The translations under genes and the position numbers were made by a program. The notes beneath the pieces are model-generated. The model was given only the letters and a program-made list of their open reading frames with translations, did not search any database and was not told the DNA's origin. Shown here piece by piece: positions 23,315-34,595 of a DNA stretch of 64,000 nt. Within the stretch, counting starts at the first letter, position 1, and each line of letters starts with the position of its first letter. Origin of the DNA: Escherichia coli. GTDB taxonomy: Bacteria > Pseudomonadota > Gammaproteobacteria > Enterobacterales > Enterobacteriaceae. The DNA lies in NCBI RefSeq assembly GCF_016026235.1, contig NZ_CP065613.1. One strand, 5' to 3'.

Positions 23315-23860
23315 ATGAAAACGATTGAAGTTGATGATGAACTCTACAGCTATATTGCCAGCCACACTAAGCATATCGGCGAGAGCGCATCCGACATTTT
23401 ACGGCGTATGTTGAAATTTTCCGCCGCATCACAGCCTGCTGCTCCGGTGACGAAAGAGGTTCGCGTTGCGTCACCTGCTATCGTCGAAGCGAAGCCGGTC
23501 AAAACGATTAAAGACAAGGTTCGCGCAATGCGTGAACTTCTGCTTTCGGACGAATACGCAGAGCAAAAGCGAGCGGTCAATCGCTTTATGCTGCTGTTGT
23601 CTACACTATATTCTCTTGACGCCCAGGCGTTTGCCGAAGCAACGGAATCGTTGCACGGTCGTACACGCGTTTACTTTGCGGCAGATGAACAAACGCTGCT
23701 GAAAAATGGTAATCAGACCAAGCCGAAACATGTGCCAGGCACGCCGTATTGGGTGATCACCAACACCAACACCGGCCGTAAATGCAGCATGATCGAACAC
23801 ATCATGCAGTCGATGCAATTCCCGGCGGAATTGATTGAGAAGGTTTGCGGAACTATCTAA
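23315..23860 (+). CDS. seqA: Replication-origin sequestration protein SeqA, 181 aa
   Basis: Protein begins [36 protein letters not shown] at 23315; the ORF-table N-extension is rejected. Confidence 0.95.
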
Positions 23861-23885
23861 AACGTTGCAGACAAAGGACAAAGCA

Positions 23886-25526
23886 ATGGCAATCCACAAT
23901 CGTGCAGGCCAACCTGCACAACAGAGTGATTTGATTAACGTCGCCCAACTGACGGCGCAATATTATGTACTGAAACCAGAAGCAGGGAATGCGGAGCACG
24001 CGGTGAAATTCGGTACTTCCGGTCACCGTGGCAGTGCAGCGCGCCACAGCTTTAACGAGCCGCACATTCTGGCGATCGCTCAGGCAATTGCTGAAGAACG
24101 TGCGAAAAACGGCATCACTGGCCCTTGCTATGTGGGTAAAGATACTCACGCCCTGTCCGAGCCTGCGTTCATTTCCGTACTGGAAGTGCTGGCAGCGAAC
24201 GGCGTTGATGTCATTGTGCAGGAAAACAATGGCTTCACTCCGACGCCTGCCGTTTCCAATGCCATCCTGGTTCACAATAAAAAAGGTGGCCCGCTGGCAG
24301 ACGGTATCGTGATTACACCGTCCCATAACCCGCCGGAAGATGGTGGTATCAAGTACAATCCGCCAAATGGTGGCCCGGCTGATACTAACGTCACCAAAGT
24401 GGTGGAAGACAGGGCCAACGCACTGATGGCCGATGGCCTGAAAGGCGTGAAGCGTATCTCCCTCGACGAAGCGATGGCATCCGGTCATGTGAAAGAGCAG
24501 GATCTGGTGCAGCCGTTCGTGGAAGGGCTGGCCGATATCGTTGATATGGCGGCGATTCAGAAAGCGGGCCTGACGCTGGGCGTTGATCCGTTGGGCGGTT
24601 CCGGTATCGAATACTGGAAGCGCATTGGCGAGTATTACAACCTCAACCTGACCATCGTTAACGATCAGGTCGATCAAACCTTCCGCTTTATGCACCTCGA
24701 TAAAGACGGTGCGATCCGTATGGACTGCTCCTCCGAGTGTGCGATGGCGGGTCTGCTGGCACTGCGTGATAAGTTCGATCTGGCGTTTGCTAACGACCCG
24801 GATTATGACCGTCACGGTATCGTCACTCCGGCAGGTTTGATGAATCCGAACCACTACCTGGCGGTGGCGATCAACTACCTGTTCCAGCATCGTCCGCAGT
24901 GGGGCAAAGATGTTGCTGTCGGTAAAACGCTGGTTTCTTCTGCGATGATCGACCGTGTGGTCAATGACTTGGGCCGTAAGCTGGTAGAAGTACCGGTAGG
25001 TTTCAAATGGTTTGTTGATGGTCTGTTCGACGGCAGCTTCGGCTTTGGCGGCGAAGAGAGCGCAGGGGCTTCCTTCCTGCGTTTCGACGGCACGCCGTGG
25101 TCCACCGACAAAGACGGCATCATTATGTGTCTGCTGGCGGCGGAAATCACCGCTGTCACCGGTAAGAACCCGCAGGAACACTACAACGAACTGGCAAAAC
25201 GCTTTGGTGCGCCGAGCTACAACCGTTTGCAGGCAGCTGCGACTTCCGCACAAAAAGCGGCGCTGTCTAAGCTGTCTCCGGAAATGGTGAGCGCCAGCAC
25301 CCTGGCAGGTGACCCGATCACCGCGCGCCTGACTGCTGCTCCGGGCAACGGTGCTTCTATTGGCGGTCTGAAAGTGATGACTGACAACGGCTGGTTCGCC
25401 GCGCGTCCGTCAGGCACGGAAGACGCATATAAGATCTACTGCGAAAGCTTCCTCGGTGAAGAACATCGCAAGCAGATTGAGAAAGAAGCGGTTGAGATTG
25501 TTAGCGAAGTTCTGAAAAACGCGTAA
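23886..25526 (+). CDS. pgm: Phosphoglucomutase Pgm, 546 aa
   Basis: Protein begins [21 protein letters not shown]; active-site region GTSGHRG; ATG at 23886. Confidence 0.95.
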   Translation: MAIHNRAGQPAQQSDLINVAQLTAQYYVLKPEAGNAEHAVKFGTSGHRGSAARHSFNEPHILAIAQAIAEERAKNGITGPCYVGKDTHALSEPAFISVLEVLAANGVDVIVQENNGFTPTPAVSNAILVHNKKGGPLADGIVITPSHNPPEDGGIKYNPPNGGPADTNVTKVVEDRANALMADGLKGVKRISLDEAMASGHVKEQDLVQPFVEGLADIVDMAAIQKAGLTLGVDPLGGSGIEYWKRIGEYYNLNLTIVNDQVDQTFRFMHLDKDGAIRMDCSSECAMAGLLALRDKFDLAFANDPDYDRHGIVTPAGLMNPNHYLAVAINYLFQHRPQWGKDVAVGKTLVSSAMIDRVVNDLGRKLVEVPVGFKWFVDGLFDGSFGFGGEESAGASFLRFDGTPWSTDKDGIIMCLLAAEITAVTGKNPQEHYNELAKRFGAPSYNRLQAAATSAQKAALSKLSPEMVSASTLAGDPITARLTAAPGNGASIGGLKVMTDNGWFAARPSGTEDAYKIYCESFLGEEHRKQIEKEAVEIVSEVLKNA

Positions 25527-25542
25527 ACACATTTAATAAAAA

Positions 25543-25570
25543 AAGGGCGGTCGCAAGATCGCCCTTTTTT
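25543..25570 (+). terminator. Intrinsic terminator of pgm
   Basis: gggcggtc-gcaa-gatcgccc hairpin followed by TTTTTT. Confidence 0.8.
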
Positions 25571-25589
25571 ACGTATGACAAACACAGAA

Positions 25590-25690
25590 TTGCCTGATGC
25601 GCTACGCTTATCAGGCCTGCGAGGATGGTGCAATATATTGAATTTAAGCGATTTTGTAGGCCGGATAAGGCGTTCATGCCGGATCCAGCA
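25590..25690. repeat. BIME/RIP element (two inverted REPs plus IHF-like core) at the pgm-kdpE junction
   Basis: gcctgatgcgctacgcttatcaggcctgc ... caatatattgaatttaagcg ... gtaggccggataaggcgttcatgccggatcc. Confidence 0.8.
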
Positions 25691-25699
25691 TTTAACCGC

Positions 25700-26377
25700 C
25701 TAAAGCATAAACCGATACCCAATACCGGTTTCAGTAATGAAATGGCGGGGGCGAGTGGGATCCTGTTCCAGTTTTTGTCGCAGATGTCCCATATAAATAC
25801 GCAAATAATGACTGTGTTCGACCGCGTTTGGCCCCCACACCTGGTTAAGGAGTTGGCGCTGGGTGAGCACTTTCCCGGCATTATTCAGCAGCACCGCCAG
25901 CAGGCGGAATTCAATCGGCGTGAGATGCACCTCTTCCTCACCCCGGTGAATCACGCGGGCGGCTAAATCGACGGTAACATCGGAAAATTTCACCAGCGGA
26001 TCTGGCGCGGCGGTGGCGGAGTGGCGGCGTAAAGCGACGCGCAGACGGGCCTGCAATTCGCCAATGCCAAACGGCTTACTTAGATAATCATCCGCTCCGG
26101 CATCCAGCGCGGCGATTTTGTCGCTCTCTTCGCTGCGTGCGGAAAGCACAATCACCGGCACCGCGCTCCACTGGCGCAGGTCGCGGATAAACTCAATCCC
26201 ATCACCATCGGGCAGGCCGAGATCGAGAATAATCAAATCTGGCTTACGGGTTGCCGCTTCCAGCAAGCCGCGTTGCAGCGTTTCGGCCTCAAAGACGCGC
26301 ATACCGTCGCCCTCCAGCGCCGTGCGCAGAAAGCGACGAATAGCCTGTTCATCTTCAACAATCAGAACGTTTGTCAC
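25700..26377 (-). CDS. kdpE: Response regulator KdpE (OmpR family), 225 aa
   Basis: [66 protein letters not shown]...; receiver plus winged-helix domains. Confidence 0.96.
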   Translation of the reverse strand: MTNVLIVEDEQAIRRFLRTALEGDGMRVFEAETLQRGLLEAATRKPDLIILDLGLPDGDGIEFIRDLRQWSAVPVIVLSARSEESDKIAALDAGADDYLSKPFGIGELQARLRVALRRHSATAAPDPLVKFSDVTVDLAARVIHRGEEEVHLTPIEFRLLAVLLNNAGKVLTQRQLLNQVWGPNAVEHSHYLRIYMGHLRQKLEQDPTRPRHFITETGIGYRFML

Positions 26378-29058
26378 ATATCCTCATGAAATTCTTCAAG
26401 TTCAGGGGCAGTTTGCTGGGGAAGTGTAACACGAAAACAGGCACCACCTTCCGGTCGGTTGAACGCGGTAATAGTGCCCCCGTGTACATCCACTATCGCC
26501 CGACAAATTGCCAGTCCAAGCCCTACACCCGGTACTGCCGACTCTTTATTCCCGCGAGCAAATTTATCAAATATCGTCTGCTCCTGGCCTGGCGGAAGAC
26601 CGGGGCCGTTATCCCAGACATCCAGTTGTAGATTTTCGCCCTCAACGTGGGCATCGATACCAATTTCCGCCTGCGCACCCGCATATTTCACCGCGTTCTC
26701 CAGCAGATTAATCAGCACCCGTTCAAAGAGTGGCCCGTCAACGTGGATTAAGGTCAGCGGTTCTGGCAGAGAAAGGTTGATGGGCGACGATAAACCCGGT
26801 TCCAGCATTTGCAGCGCGCTGCCGACTACTTCTTCCAGCGTTAACCACTCTTTCTTCAAATTAAAGCCGCCGGACTGAATTCGCGCCATATCCAGTAGAT
26901 TATTCACCAGTCGGGTAGTGTTCAGCACATGCTGACGAATCTCGCTGGCCTGGCGGGCGTGGGGCGATCCTTCGCTTGCCAGATCGAGCGTTAAGATTTC
27001 TGCCTGACCGAACAACACCGTGAGCGGAGTGCGTAAATCATGCGAAAGCGCCGCCAGCAGGGCGTTGCGGATCTGTTCACGTTCGCTTGCCATCCGCGCC
27101 TGTTCTTCGCTGGCGGTCAGCGTCAGCCGCTCAAGCGCATTGGCGACTAACAGCGTAAACGTCTCCAGCAGGCGCTGCTGTTCCGGGATCATCAACTGAC
27201 GCAGATTCCCCGGTTCCACCACCACCAGCCCGTAGGTTTTCTCACCGCTTTTTAACGGCAAAATCTGGTACGGCACGCCGGGTAACGTGTCGGTGCCCGC
27301 GCCCGCAGGCAGGCCTTTATCAAAACTCCACTGCGCGATGGCATCGTCCCACGGCGTCATTCCTTGCGGATGTGTTAACGGCTGCAATTTACCGTTGTCA
27401 TCGGGCAACAACACCTGACTGCGGGCATGAAACGTGGAGGCAATAAATTGTTCGCTGGTGGCGGCGATGTCCTGCGGACTGCGGCCCACCGCCAGAGCTT
27501 TCGACATTTCATATAAGTGCCGTGTGCGTTGCTCGCGGTAACGGGCTACCCGCGCCTGATAACGCACACCCGCAGTAAGATTCCCGATCACCAGCCCGAC
27601 GGTTAACATCACCGCGAAGGTCAGCAGATATTGCACATCAGAGACGGCGAGCGTGCCGCGTGGGGCGATAAAAAAGAGATCGAAACTCACCACATTAATG
27701 ACGGTAGCAACCACCGAAGGCCAGCGTCCATAAAATAGCGCCACCACCACCACGCCAAGTAGATACAGCATCACCAGGTTGGCGGCATCAAACGCCATCA
27801 GCCACTGCATGGCAATTAAGGTGATAACGGCGCATAACGCGGCGGCAACCACGCATCCCTGAATCTGTACCCGCCACTTGTCTTTAAAAGAGCGGCTATC
27901 CGGCGCGTTGTTAATCGTGCGGGCGGGTGGTTCATCAAGCGCGACCAGCACCTGATCGAGATCGGGGGCGATGCGCGCCAGTCGGTCAGCAAACGTTTCC
28001 CGACGCCACCAGCGGCGCGAGGCTGGGCGACCGAGAATAATCTTGCCGAGATTATGTTCACGGGCATAACGCACTACCGCTTTCTCTTCCGCTGGATCAG
28101 AAAGTGTTGCCGTCTCCGCGCTCAGCTCCTGCGCCAGACGTAAGGCGCTGAGAATTGCCCGACGTTTTTTCTCCGGTAAGCGATGCAGGGCAGGGGTTTC
28201 AACATACACCGCGTGCCAGACGCTCCCCAGCCGCGACGCCAGCCGCGACGCCGCGCGGACCAGTTTCTCACTGCCGGTGTTATGGCCGATGCATAAAAGG
28301 ATCGCGTCGCGCGTGTGCCAGACTTTCTCTTCGCCAGGATGCCCCCGCCAGGCGCGCATTTGCTCATCTACGCGATCGGCAGTACGGCGCAGTGCCAGTT
28401 CGCGCAGGGCGATCAGATTGCCTTTGCGGAAAAAATGTTCAATGGCGCGCTCCGCCTGCCCGGCAATATAGACTTTGCCTTCTTTCAGCCGCTGGCGCAG
28501 ATCGTCCGGGGGCAAGTCCACCAGCACCACGTCGTCGGCGGCATCGAAAAAAGGATCGGGCACGGTTTCCCGTACCTGAATTCCGGTGACGCCGCTGACC
28601 ACATCATTCAGGCTTTCCAGATGTTGAACGTTGACGGTAGTAAAAACATCAATGCCTGCTTCCAGCAGCTCTTCAATATCCTGCCAGCGTTTGGGATGAC
28701 GAGAACCAGGTGCATTACTGTGCGCCAGTTCGTCCATTAAGATCAGCGCCGGACGGCGGGCGAGGGCGGCATCGAGATCAAACTCGCTGATGTGCCGCCC
28801 ACGGTACGCCTGGCGTTTTGGCGGTAGAACAGCCAGCCCTTCGAGCATTGCTGCAGTATCTTTCCGCCCGTGGGTTTCTACCACGCCAACCACAATATCC
28901 AGCCCTTGCGCCCGCAGTCGCTGGGCTTCTGCCAGCATCGCCCAGGTCTTCCCGACGCCTGCGCAGGCACCGAAGAAAACTTTCAGCTTCCCCCGATGCG
29001 GCGCGGCAGTTTGTTCCAGCAGACGATCGGGGTCGGGACGTAAGGGTTCGTTATTCAT
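26374..29058 (-). CDS. kdpD: Sensor histidine kinase KdpD, 894 aa
   Basis: Protein begins [15 protein letters not shown]-terminal Walker-type [10 protein letters not shown]-box [16 protein letters not shown] at 29058; 4-bp overlap with kdpE. Confidence 0.95.
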   Translation of the reverse strand: MNNEPLRPDPDRLLEQTAAPHRGKLKVFFGACAGVGKTWAMLAEAQRLRAQGLDIVVGVVETHGRKDTAAMLEGLAVLPPKRQAYRGRHISEFDLDAALARRPALILMDELAHSNAPGSRHPKRWQDIEELLEAGIDVFTTVNVQHLESLNDVVSGVTGIQVRETVPDPFFDAADDVVLVDLPPDDLRQRLKEGKVYIAGQAERAIEHFFRKGNLIALRELALRRTADRVDEQMRAWRGHPGEEKVWHTRDAILLCIGHNTGSEKLVRAASRLASRLGSVWHAVYVETPALHRLPEKKRRAILSALRLAQELSAETATLSDPAEEKAVVRYAREHNLGKIILGRPASRRWWRRETFADRLARIAPDLDQVLVALDEPPARTINNAPDSRSFKDKWRVQIQGCVVAAALCAVITLIAMQWLMAFDAANLVMLYLLGVVVVALFYGRWPSVVATVINVVSFDLFFIAPRGTLAVSDVQYLLTFAVMLTVGLVIGNLTAGVRYQARVARYREQRTRHLYEMSKALAVGRSPQDIAATSEQFIASTFHARSQVLLPDDNGKLQPLTHPQGMTPWDDAIAQWSFDKGLPAGAGTDTLPGVPYQILPLKSGEKTYGLVVVEPGNLRQLMIPEQQRLLETFTLLVANALERLTLTASEEQARMASEREQIRNALLAALSHDLRTPLTVLFGQAEILTLDLASEGSPHARQASEIRQHVLNTTRLVNNLLDMARIQSGGFNLKKEWLTLEEVVGSALQMLEPGLSSPINLSLPEPLTLIHVDGPLFERVLINLLENAVKYAGAQAEIGIDAHVEGENLQLDVWDNGPGLPPGQEQTIFDKFARGNKESAVPGVGLGLAICRAIVDVHGGTITAFNRPEGGACFRVTLPQQTAPELEEFHEDM

Positions 29059-29623
29059 CAAGTTTATCCAGCGCCAGATTGAGTTCGACAATGTTGACGA
29101 CCGGCTGGCCGATATATTTCACCAGTGGTTGTTGGCTGTATTTTGCGATCAGTTGCGTGAGCTGTTCAACGCTGAGATTACGCGCTTTCGCTACGCGTGG
29201 GATCTGCCAGGCCGCCGCTTGCGGGGTGATGTTATTGTCCAGCCCGCTTGCCGACGCCGTCACCAGTTCAACCGGAACGCTCGTGCTGGCATTCGGGTTA
29301 GCGGCCCGTAATGCAGCAACGCGTGCGGCTATTAGTTTATCCAGCTCAGGGTTACTGACCGCCAGATTGCTCCCGCCAGAAGCCTGTGGATTATAAGGCA
29401 TTTCTGCCGTTGCCGACGGGCGACCATGAAAATAGCCGTTGCCGGTAAAATTCTGCCCGATTAATGCCGAACCGCGCACCGTATCACCTTCACGGATCAA
29501 CGAACCGTTGGCCTGCCAGGGAAACCACCATTGCCCCAGCGCGGTGGTCAGCAGCGGGTAAACGCCGCCAGTAATCAATAACAGAAAGATAAATGTCGAT
29601 AATGCCGGACGTAATCCACGCAT
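29051..29623 (-). CDS. kdpC: K+-transporting ATPase subunit KdpC, 190 aa
   Basis: ATG at 29623 preceded by GAGGT; protein continues [23 protein letters not shown]...; 8-bp overlap with kdpD start. Confidence 0.93.
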   Translation of the reverse strand: MRGLRPALSTFIFLLLITGGVYPLLTTALGQWWFPWQANGSLIREGDTVRGSALIGQNFTGNGYFHGRPSATAEMPYNPQASGGSNLAVSNPELDKLIAARVAALRAANPNASTSVPVELVTASASGLDNNITPQAAAWQIPRVAKARNLSVEQLTQLIAKYSQQPLVKYIGQPVVNIVELNLALDKLDE

Positions 29624-29631
29624 GGTAAACC

Positions 29632-31680
29632 TCACACCAGACCGCAAACGGTCAGCAGTAAATCAATGACTTTGATACCAATAAACGGCACCAGCAGCCC
29701 ACCCAGACCGTAAATCCATAAGTTACGGCGCAACATGGCAGAAGCGGTAAGCGGTTTATAACTCACGCCTTTTAACGCCAGGGGAATCAAAAAGACGATA
29801 ATCAAGGCGTTGAAAATCACCGCACTGAGAATGGCGGAGTCGGGCGAATGCAGGCGCATGATGTTCAGCGCATTTAACTGCGGATACGTTGCCGCGAACG
29901 CCGCCGGAATAATGGCGAAATATTTCGCCACATCGTTGGCAATGCTGAAGGTGGTCAGCGAGCCACGGGTAATCAGCATCTGTTTGCCAATATGCACCAC
30001 CTCGATCAACTTGGTCGGGTTAGAGTCGAGATCCACCATATTGCCCGCTTCTTTCGCCGCCTGAGTACCGGAGTTCATCGCCACCGCGACATCTGCCTGC
30101 GCCAGCGCCGGAGCATCATTGGTGCCGTCGCCAGTCATCGCTACCAAACGGCCTTCCGCCTGATACTGACGAATCAATGCCAGCTTGGCCTCCGGTGTCG
30201 CTTCGGCGAGGAAATCATCGACGCCCGCTTCCGCAGCTATCGCGGCGGCAGTCAGACGGTTATCGCCAGTAATCATCACCGTTTTAATGCCCATTTGGCG
30301 CAGTTGCGCGAAGCGTTCTTTAATGCCGCCTTTAACGATATCTTTCAGCGCAATAACGCCCAGCACACGGGAACCTTCCACCACCACCAGCGGCGTGGCT
30401 CCCTGACGCGCAACCTGATCGACTTTTTGATCGACATCGGCAGGGAAGTGACCACCGTTAGCCTCAACATGGCGGCGAATGGCATCGACAGAGCCTTTAC
30501 GGATCATACGGTTGTCGATGTTGATCCCGCTCATCCGGCTTTGCGCAGTAAACGGTACAAAGGTGGCATGGAGCGACTGCACATCGCGCTCGCGCAGGTT
30601 AAAACGCTGCTTGGCGAGGATCACAATACTGCGGCCTTCCGGCGTTTCATCAGCCAGCGAAGCCAGTTGTGCGGCGTCAGCCAGCGTTTTTTCATCCACG
30701 CCCTGCGCAGGGATAAACTCCGATGCCTGACGGTTACCGAGTGTGATGGTGCCGGTTTTATCCAGCAGCAGAACGTCAACGTCACCTGCCGCTTCAACTG
30801 CACGTCCGCTGGTGGCAATCACATTCGCGCCCAGCATCCGACTCATCCCGGCGACGCCGATCGCTGACAACAGGCCGCCAATAGTGGTTGGGATCAGACA
30901 GACCAGCAGCGCCACCAGTACCGTTACGCTGACTGCATTACCGCCCCACGCGGAAAACGGCCACAGCGTGGCGGTTGCCAGTAAAAAGACGATAGTCAGG
31001 GCAATCAGCAGGATGGTCAGGGCAATCTCGTTCGGCGTTTTGCGTCGCTGTGCGCCTTCCACCATCGCGATCATCCGATCCAGAAATGTCTCGCCGGGGT
31101 TAACGCTACACTCAATCACCAGCCAGTCAGAAAGAATACGCGTGCCGCCGGTGACGGAGGCAAAATCGCCGCCGGATTCACGGATCACCGGTGCCGATTC
31201 CCCGGTGATGGCGCTTTCATCGACCGATGCGCCGCCTTCAATAACTTCACCATCGCAGGGGATAATATCGCCTGCTTCTACCAGTACGATATCGCCTTTA
31301 CGCAGTTGATCGGCGGGAACTTTGTCCGCCGCAGCGCCATATTTCGGCTCACGCAGCTTGCGGGCAAAGGCCGTTTTTTTCACCCCTTTCAGGCTGTTGG
31401 CCTGCGCTTTACTGCGGCCTTCTGCCAGCGCCTCGGCGAAATTAGCGAACAGTACGGTGACCCACAGCCAGCCGCTAATGGCCACGCTAAACAGCGCATT
31501 GCCAGGCATCGCGCCGCTTGCCATCGCGATGCTAATACAGGTGGTCAGCAGACTGCCGATCCAGACGATAAACATCACCGGATTGCGCCATTGCGCCTGC
31601 GGGTTTAATTTTTTCACCGCTTCTTTCAGCGCCTGAACGACAAGTGTTGGTTCGAATAGCGCCAGTTGTTTACGACTCAT
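29632..31680 (-). CDS. kdpB: K+-transporting P-type ATPase subunit KdpB, 682 aa
   Basis: P-type ATPase phosphorylation motif DKTGTIT and hinge motif [10 protein letters not shown]. Confidence 0.97.
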   Translation of the reverse strand: MSRKQLALFEPTLVVQALKEAVKKLNPQAQWRNPVMFIVWIGSLLTTCISIAMASGAMPGNALFSVAISGWLWVTVLFANFAEALAEGRSKAQANSLKGVKKTAFARKLREPKYGAAADKVPADQLRKGDIVLVEAGDIIPCDGEVIEGGASVDESAITGESAPVIRESGGDFASVTGGTRILSDWLVIECSVNPGETFLDRMIAMVEGAQRRKTPNEIALTILLIALTIVFLLATATLWPFSAWGGNAVSVTVLVALLVCLIPTTIGGLLSAIGVAGMSRMLGANVIATSGRAVEAAGDVDVLLLDKTGTITLGNRQASEFIPAQGVDEKTLADAAQLASLADETPEGRSIVILAKQRFNLRERDVQSLHATFVPFTAQSRMSGINIDNRMIRKGSVDAIRRHVEANGGHFPADVDQKVDQVARQGATPLVVVEGSRVLGVIALKDIVKGGIKERFAQLRQMGIKTVMITGDNRLTAAAIAAEAGVDDFLAEATPEAKLALIRQYQAEGRLVAMTGDGTNDAPALAQADVAVAMNSGTQAAKEAGNMVDLDSNPTKLIEVVHIGKQMLITRGSLTTFSIANDVAKYFAIIPAAFAATYPQLNALNIMRLHSPDSAILSAVIFNALIIVFLIPLALKGVSYKPLTASAMLRRNLWIYGLGGLLVPFIGIKVIDLLLTVCGLV

Positions 31681-31702
31681 ATTCAGTGCTCACTCAATAT
31701 CA

Positions 31703-33376
31703 TCAGGAGAGATATTCCGCCACCGGACCAAGCGCCAGGGCAGGGATAAAGGTCAGTGCGCCAACCAGCAACACGGTGCCGATTAACAGGCCAACAAACA
31801 GCGGGCCGTGCGTTGGCAGCGTGCCGGAGCTGGCGGGTTGGCTCTTTTTACTCACCAGCGAACCGGCAATTGCCATCACCGGGATAATCACCCCGAAGCG
31901 ACCGACAAACATGCAGAACGCCAGTAAACAGTTCCAGAACGGAGAGTTGGCGCTTAATCCGGCAAAGGCGCTGCCGTTGTTGTTAGCGGCGGATGACACG
32001 GCGTACAGCACTTCGCTAAAACCATGCGGGCCAGGGTTGAGCATGGCGCTACGTCCGGCGTCGGTCATCATTGCCAGCGCCGCGCCCATCAGCACCAGCG
32101 TCGGGGTGACCAGAATCGCCAGTGCAGTCAGTTTCATCTCACGTACGTCGATTTTTTTACCCAGATATTCCGGTGTACGACCAATCATCAGCCCGGCAAT
32201 AAACACCGCCAGCAGGACAAACAGCATCATGCCGTAAAGACCAGAACCGACACCGCCGAATACCACTTCACCAATTTGCATCAGCCACATCGGCACCATG
32301 CCACCGAGAGCGGTAAACGAATCATGCATCGCAATCACCGCGCCACAGGACGCCGCCGTAGTCACGACCGCAAACAGGCTACTGACCAGCACGCCGAAAC
32401 GGCTCTCTTTACCTTCCATATTGATGCTGCTGTCTGCGCCGAGCGCCAGCAGATGAGGATTACCCTGAACTTCTGCCCACATCACCACGCCTACGCAGAT
32501 GACAAAAATCACTGACATCGCCCACAGCAACATGCGCCCCTGGCGGCGATCGCCCGTCACTTCACCAAAGGCAAAGCACAGCGCTGTTGGGATCAAGAAG
32601 ATCGCCAGCATCTGCACGAAGTTGGTCAGTGCGGTTGGGTTTTCAAACGGATGCGACGAGTTGGCATTAAAGAAGCCACCGCCGTTAGTACCGAGCATCT
32701 TGATCGCTTCCTGAGAAGCTACTGGCCCCATGGGTAACAGCTGTTGCGCTCCTTCAACGGTATTCACTGCCTGATAGGGCAGAAAGTTTTGCAGCGCACC
32801 TTGTTGAATAAAAAACAGTGCGATCAACAACGCCACAGGGACTAGCACCCATAACGTGATGCGTAGCAGATCGACCCAGGCATTCCCGAGTGTGCTCATG
32901 CTCTGGCGGGTAAATGCACGGATGAAGGCAAAAATCACCGCAATCCCGCTGGCGGCAGAAAGAAAGTTTTGCACCGTTAAGCCCGCCATCTGGCTGAAAT
33001 AGCTCAACGTGGTTTCACCGCTATAAGATTGCCAGTTGGTATTGGTGACAAAGCTGACGGCGGTATTCAGCGCCAGATCCCACGACAGCCCCGGCAACTG
33101 CTGTGGATTAAGCGGCAGATAGTGCTGACCGAGCAACATAAAAAACAGCACCGCCAGCCCCAGCATGTTCAGGCCGAGAATGGCACAAAGATATTGCTTC
33201 CAGTTCATCTCATGGTCAGAGACGCCAGGTAAACGAAAGAGTATACGTTCAACGCCCGCTGTACCTGGAAGAGGAATGTCATTAATCAGCCGCGCCAGCC
33301 CGCTGCCTAAAGGACGCGCCAGCACCATTAACACCAGTAAAAACGTGGCGATCAGTAAGAACCCTTGCGCAGCCAT
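31703..33376 (-). CDS. kdpA: K+-transporting ATPase channel subunit KdpA, 557 aa
   Basis: Protein begins [30 protein letters not shown]; polytopic membrane protein; ATG at 33376 overlapping the kdpF stop. Confidence 0.95.
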   Translation of the reverse strand: MAAQGFLLIATFLLVLMVLARPLGSGLARLINDIPLPGTAGVERILFRLPGVSDHEMNWKQYLCAILGLNMLGLAVLFFMLLGQHYLPLNPQQLPGLSWDLALNTAVSFVTNTNWQSYSGETTLSYFSQMAGLTVQNFLSAASGIAVIFAFIRAFTRQSMSTLGNAWVDLLRITLWVLVPVALLIALFFIQQGALQNFLPYQAVNTVEGAQQLLPMGPVASQEAIKMLGTNGGGFFNANSSHPFENPTALTNFVQMLAIFLIPTALCFAFGEVTGDRRQGRMLLWAMSVIFVICVGVVMWAEVQGNPHLLALGADSSINMEGKESRFGVLVSSLFAVVTTAASCGAVIAMHDSFTALGGMVPMWLMQIGEVVFGGVGSGLYGMMLFVLLAVFIAGLMIGRTPEYLGKKIDVREMKLTALAILVTPTLVLMGAALAMMTDAGRSAMLNPGPHGFSEVLYAVSSAANNNGSAFAGLSANSPFWNCLLAFCMFVGRFGVIIPVMAIAGSLVSKKSQPASSGTLPTHGPLFVGLLIGTVLLVGALTFIPALALGPVAEYLS

Positions 33377-33465
33377 CAGAACGCCTCCGCATTGATCAGG
33401 GCATAAACCAGATAACCCAGTAATAAAAACACCAGCAATACGCCGGTTATCACGCCTGCACTCAC
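33376..33465 (-). CDS. kdpF: KdpF, 29-aa membrane peptide of the Kdp complex
   Basis: GTG start at 33465 preceded by GGAGG; peptide (M)[32 protein letters not shown] overlap with kdpA. Confidence 0.8.
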
Positions 33466-33540
33466 AGTGCACCTCCAGTGGCCTAAAAGTGATACCGGAA
33501 GGGTAGAATTCTGGCTGCAAAGATTTCGCAAAAATCTGCG

Positions 33541-33570
33541 GACGGGGTGTAAAAAAAGTATAAAAATGGC
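33541..33570 (-). promoter_or_regulatory. KdpE binding site / kdpFABC promoter region
   Basis: Minus-strand CATTTTTATACTTTTTTTACACCCCGTC containing direct half-site repeats TTTATAC / TTTTTAC; matches my recollection of the KdpE operator. Confidence 0.55.
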
Positions 33571-33777
33571 AAAAGCCATGATTTAACTAATGTTTAGTAT
33601 TAATTTAACTTTTGTGTAACTTAATTACAGGGTGAATGTAAATAAACCATCAATAAGCAAAAATAAGTGGTCGGATGAGTAGTAAAATTACACAAAAGGC
33701 GGTACTATTTTCATCAGATAAACAAATTCATTTTTCCGGTGCTATTCACCGGGTAGATACAAAAGGGGGAGAAAAGT

Positions 33778-33984
33778 ATGGAACTCTACAGAGAATATCC
33801 TGCATGGCTTATCTTTTTACGCCGTACTTATGCGGTTGCAGCGGGCGTTCTGGCGCTGCCTTTCATGCTTTTCTGGAAAGACCGCGCCCGCTTTTACAGC
33901 TACCTGCACCGCGTCTGGTCGAAAACCAGCGACAAACCGGTGTGGATGGATCAGGCCGAAAAGGCAACCGGTGATTTTTACTGA
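33778..33984 (+). CDS. ybfA: Small membrane protein YbfA (DUF2517), 68 aa
   Basis: [71 protein letters not shown]. Confidence 0.85.
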
Positions 33985-34004
33985 TTGCTGAGTTTTGAAT
34001 ACAT

Positions 34005-34040
34005 TGAAAACCGCTAGTGGAAACGCTGGCGGTTTTTTTC
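34005..34040 (+). terminator. Intrinsic terminator downstream of ybfA
   Basis: aaccgc...gcggtt hairpin followed by TTTTTTT (34034-34040). Confidence 0.65.
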
Positions 34041-34085
34041 TTATCGCCGTCTACACTTACTCCTGTAAACCGTTCAGGAGCAGTA

Positions 34086-34595
34086 ATGAATCAGCAACGA
34101 TTTGATGACAGCACCCTAATCCGTATCTTCGCCCTTCATGAGTTACATCGACTGAAAGAACATGGCTTAACGCGCGGGGCGCTTCTCGATTATCACAGCC
34201 GCTATAAACTCGTCTTTCTGGCTCATTCCCAGCCGGAATACCGCAAACTTGGCCCGTTCGTGGCTGATATTCACCAGTGGCAAAATCTGGATGACTATTA
34301 CAACCAGTACCGCCAACGCGTAATTGTTTTGCTTTCTCATCCCGCCAACCCGCGCGATCACACCAACGTTTTGATGCACGTTCAGGGGTATTTTCGCCCG
34401 CATATTGATTCCACAGAACGCCAGCAGCTGGCGGCGCTTATCGACAGTTATCGCCGTGGCGAGCAACCGCTTCTTGCGCCGCTGATGCGTATCAAACACT
34501 ATATGGCGCTTTATCCTGACGCCTGGCTTTCAGGGCAGCGTTATTTCGAACTTTGGCCGCGTGTGATTAACTTGCGCCATTCAGGAGTTTTATGA
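34086..34595 (+). CDS. ybgA: YbgA (DUF1722 family), 169 aa
   Basis: ATG at 34086 with AGGAG 7 nt upstream; protein MNQQRFDDSTLIRIFALHELHRLKEHGL...; the ORF-table start at 34017 lies inside the ybfA terminator hairpin and is rejected. Confidence 0.85.
   Translation: MNQQRFDDSTLIRIFALHELHRLKEHGLTRGALLDYHSRYKLVFLAHSQPEYRKLGPFVADIHQWQNLDDYYNQYRQRVIVLLSHPANPRDHTNVLMHVQGYFRPHIDSTERQQLAALIDSYRRGEQPLLAPLMRIKHYMALYPDAWLSGQRYFELWPRVINLRHSGVL

Noticed and set aside
23853-25253. 466-aa minus-strand ORF antisense to pgm
   Set aside because: Antisense to pgm; Arg/Val/His-rich, no motif; artefact.
29992-31608. Several plus-strand ORFs (291, 188, 100 and 104 aa) inside kdpB
   Set aside because: All antisense to kdpB, Ser/Ala/Arg-rich low-complexity translations.
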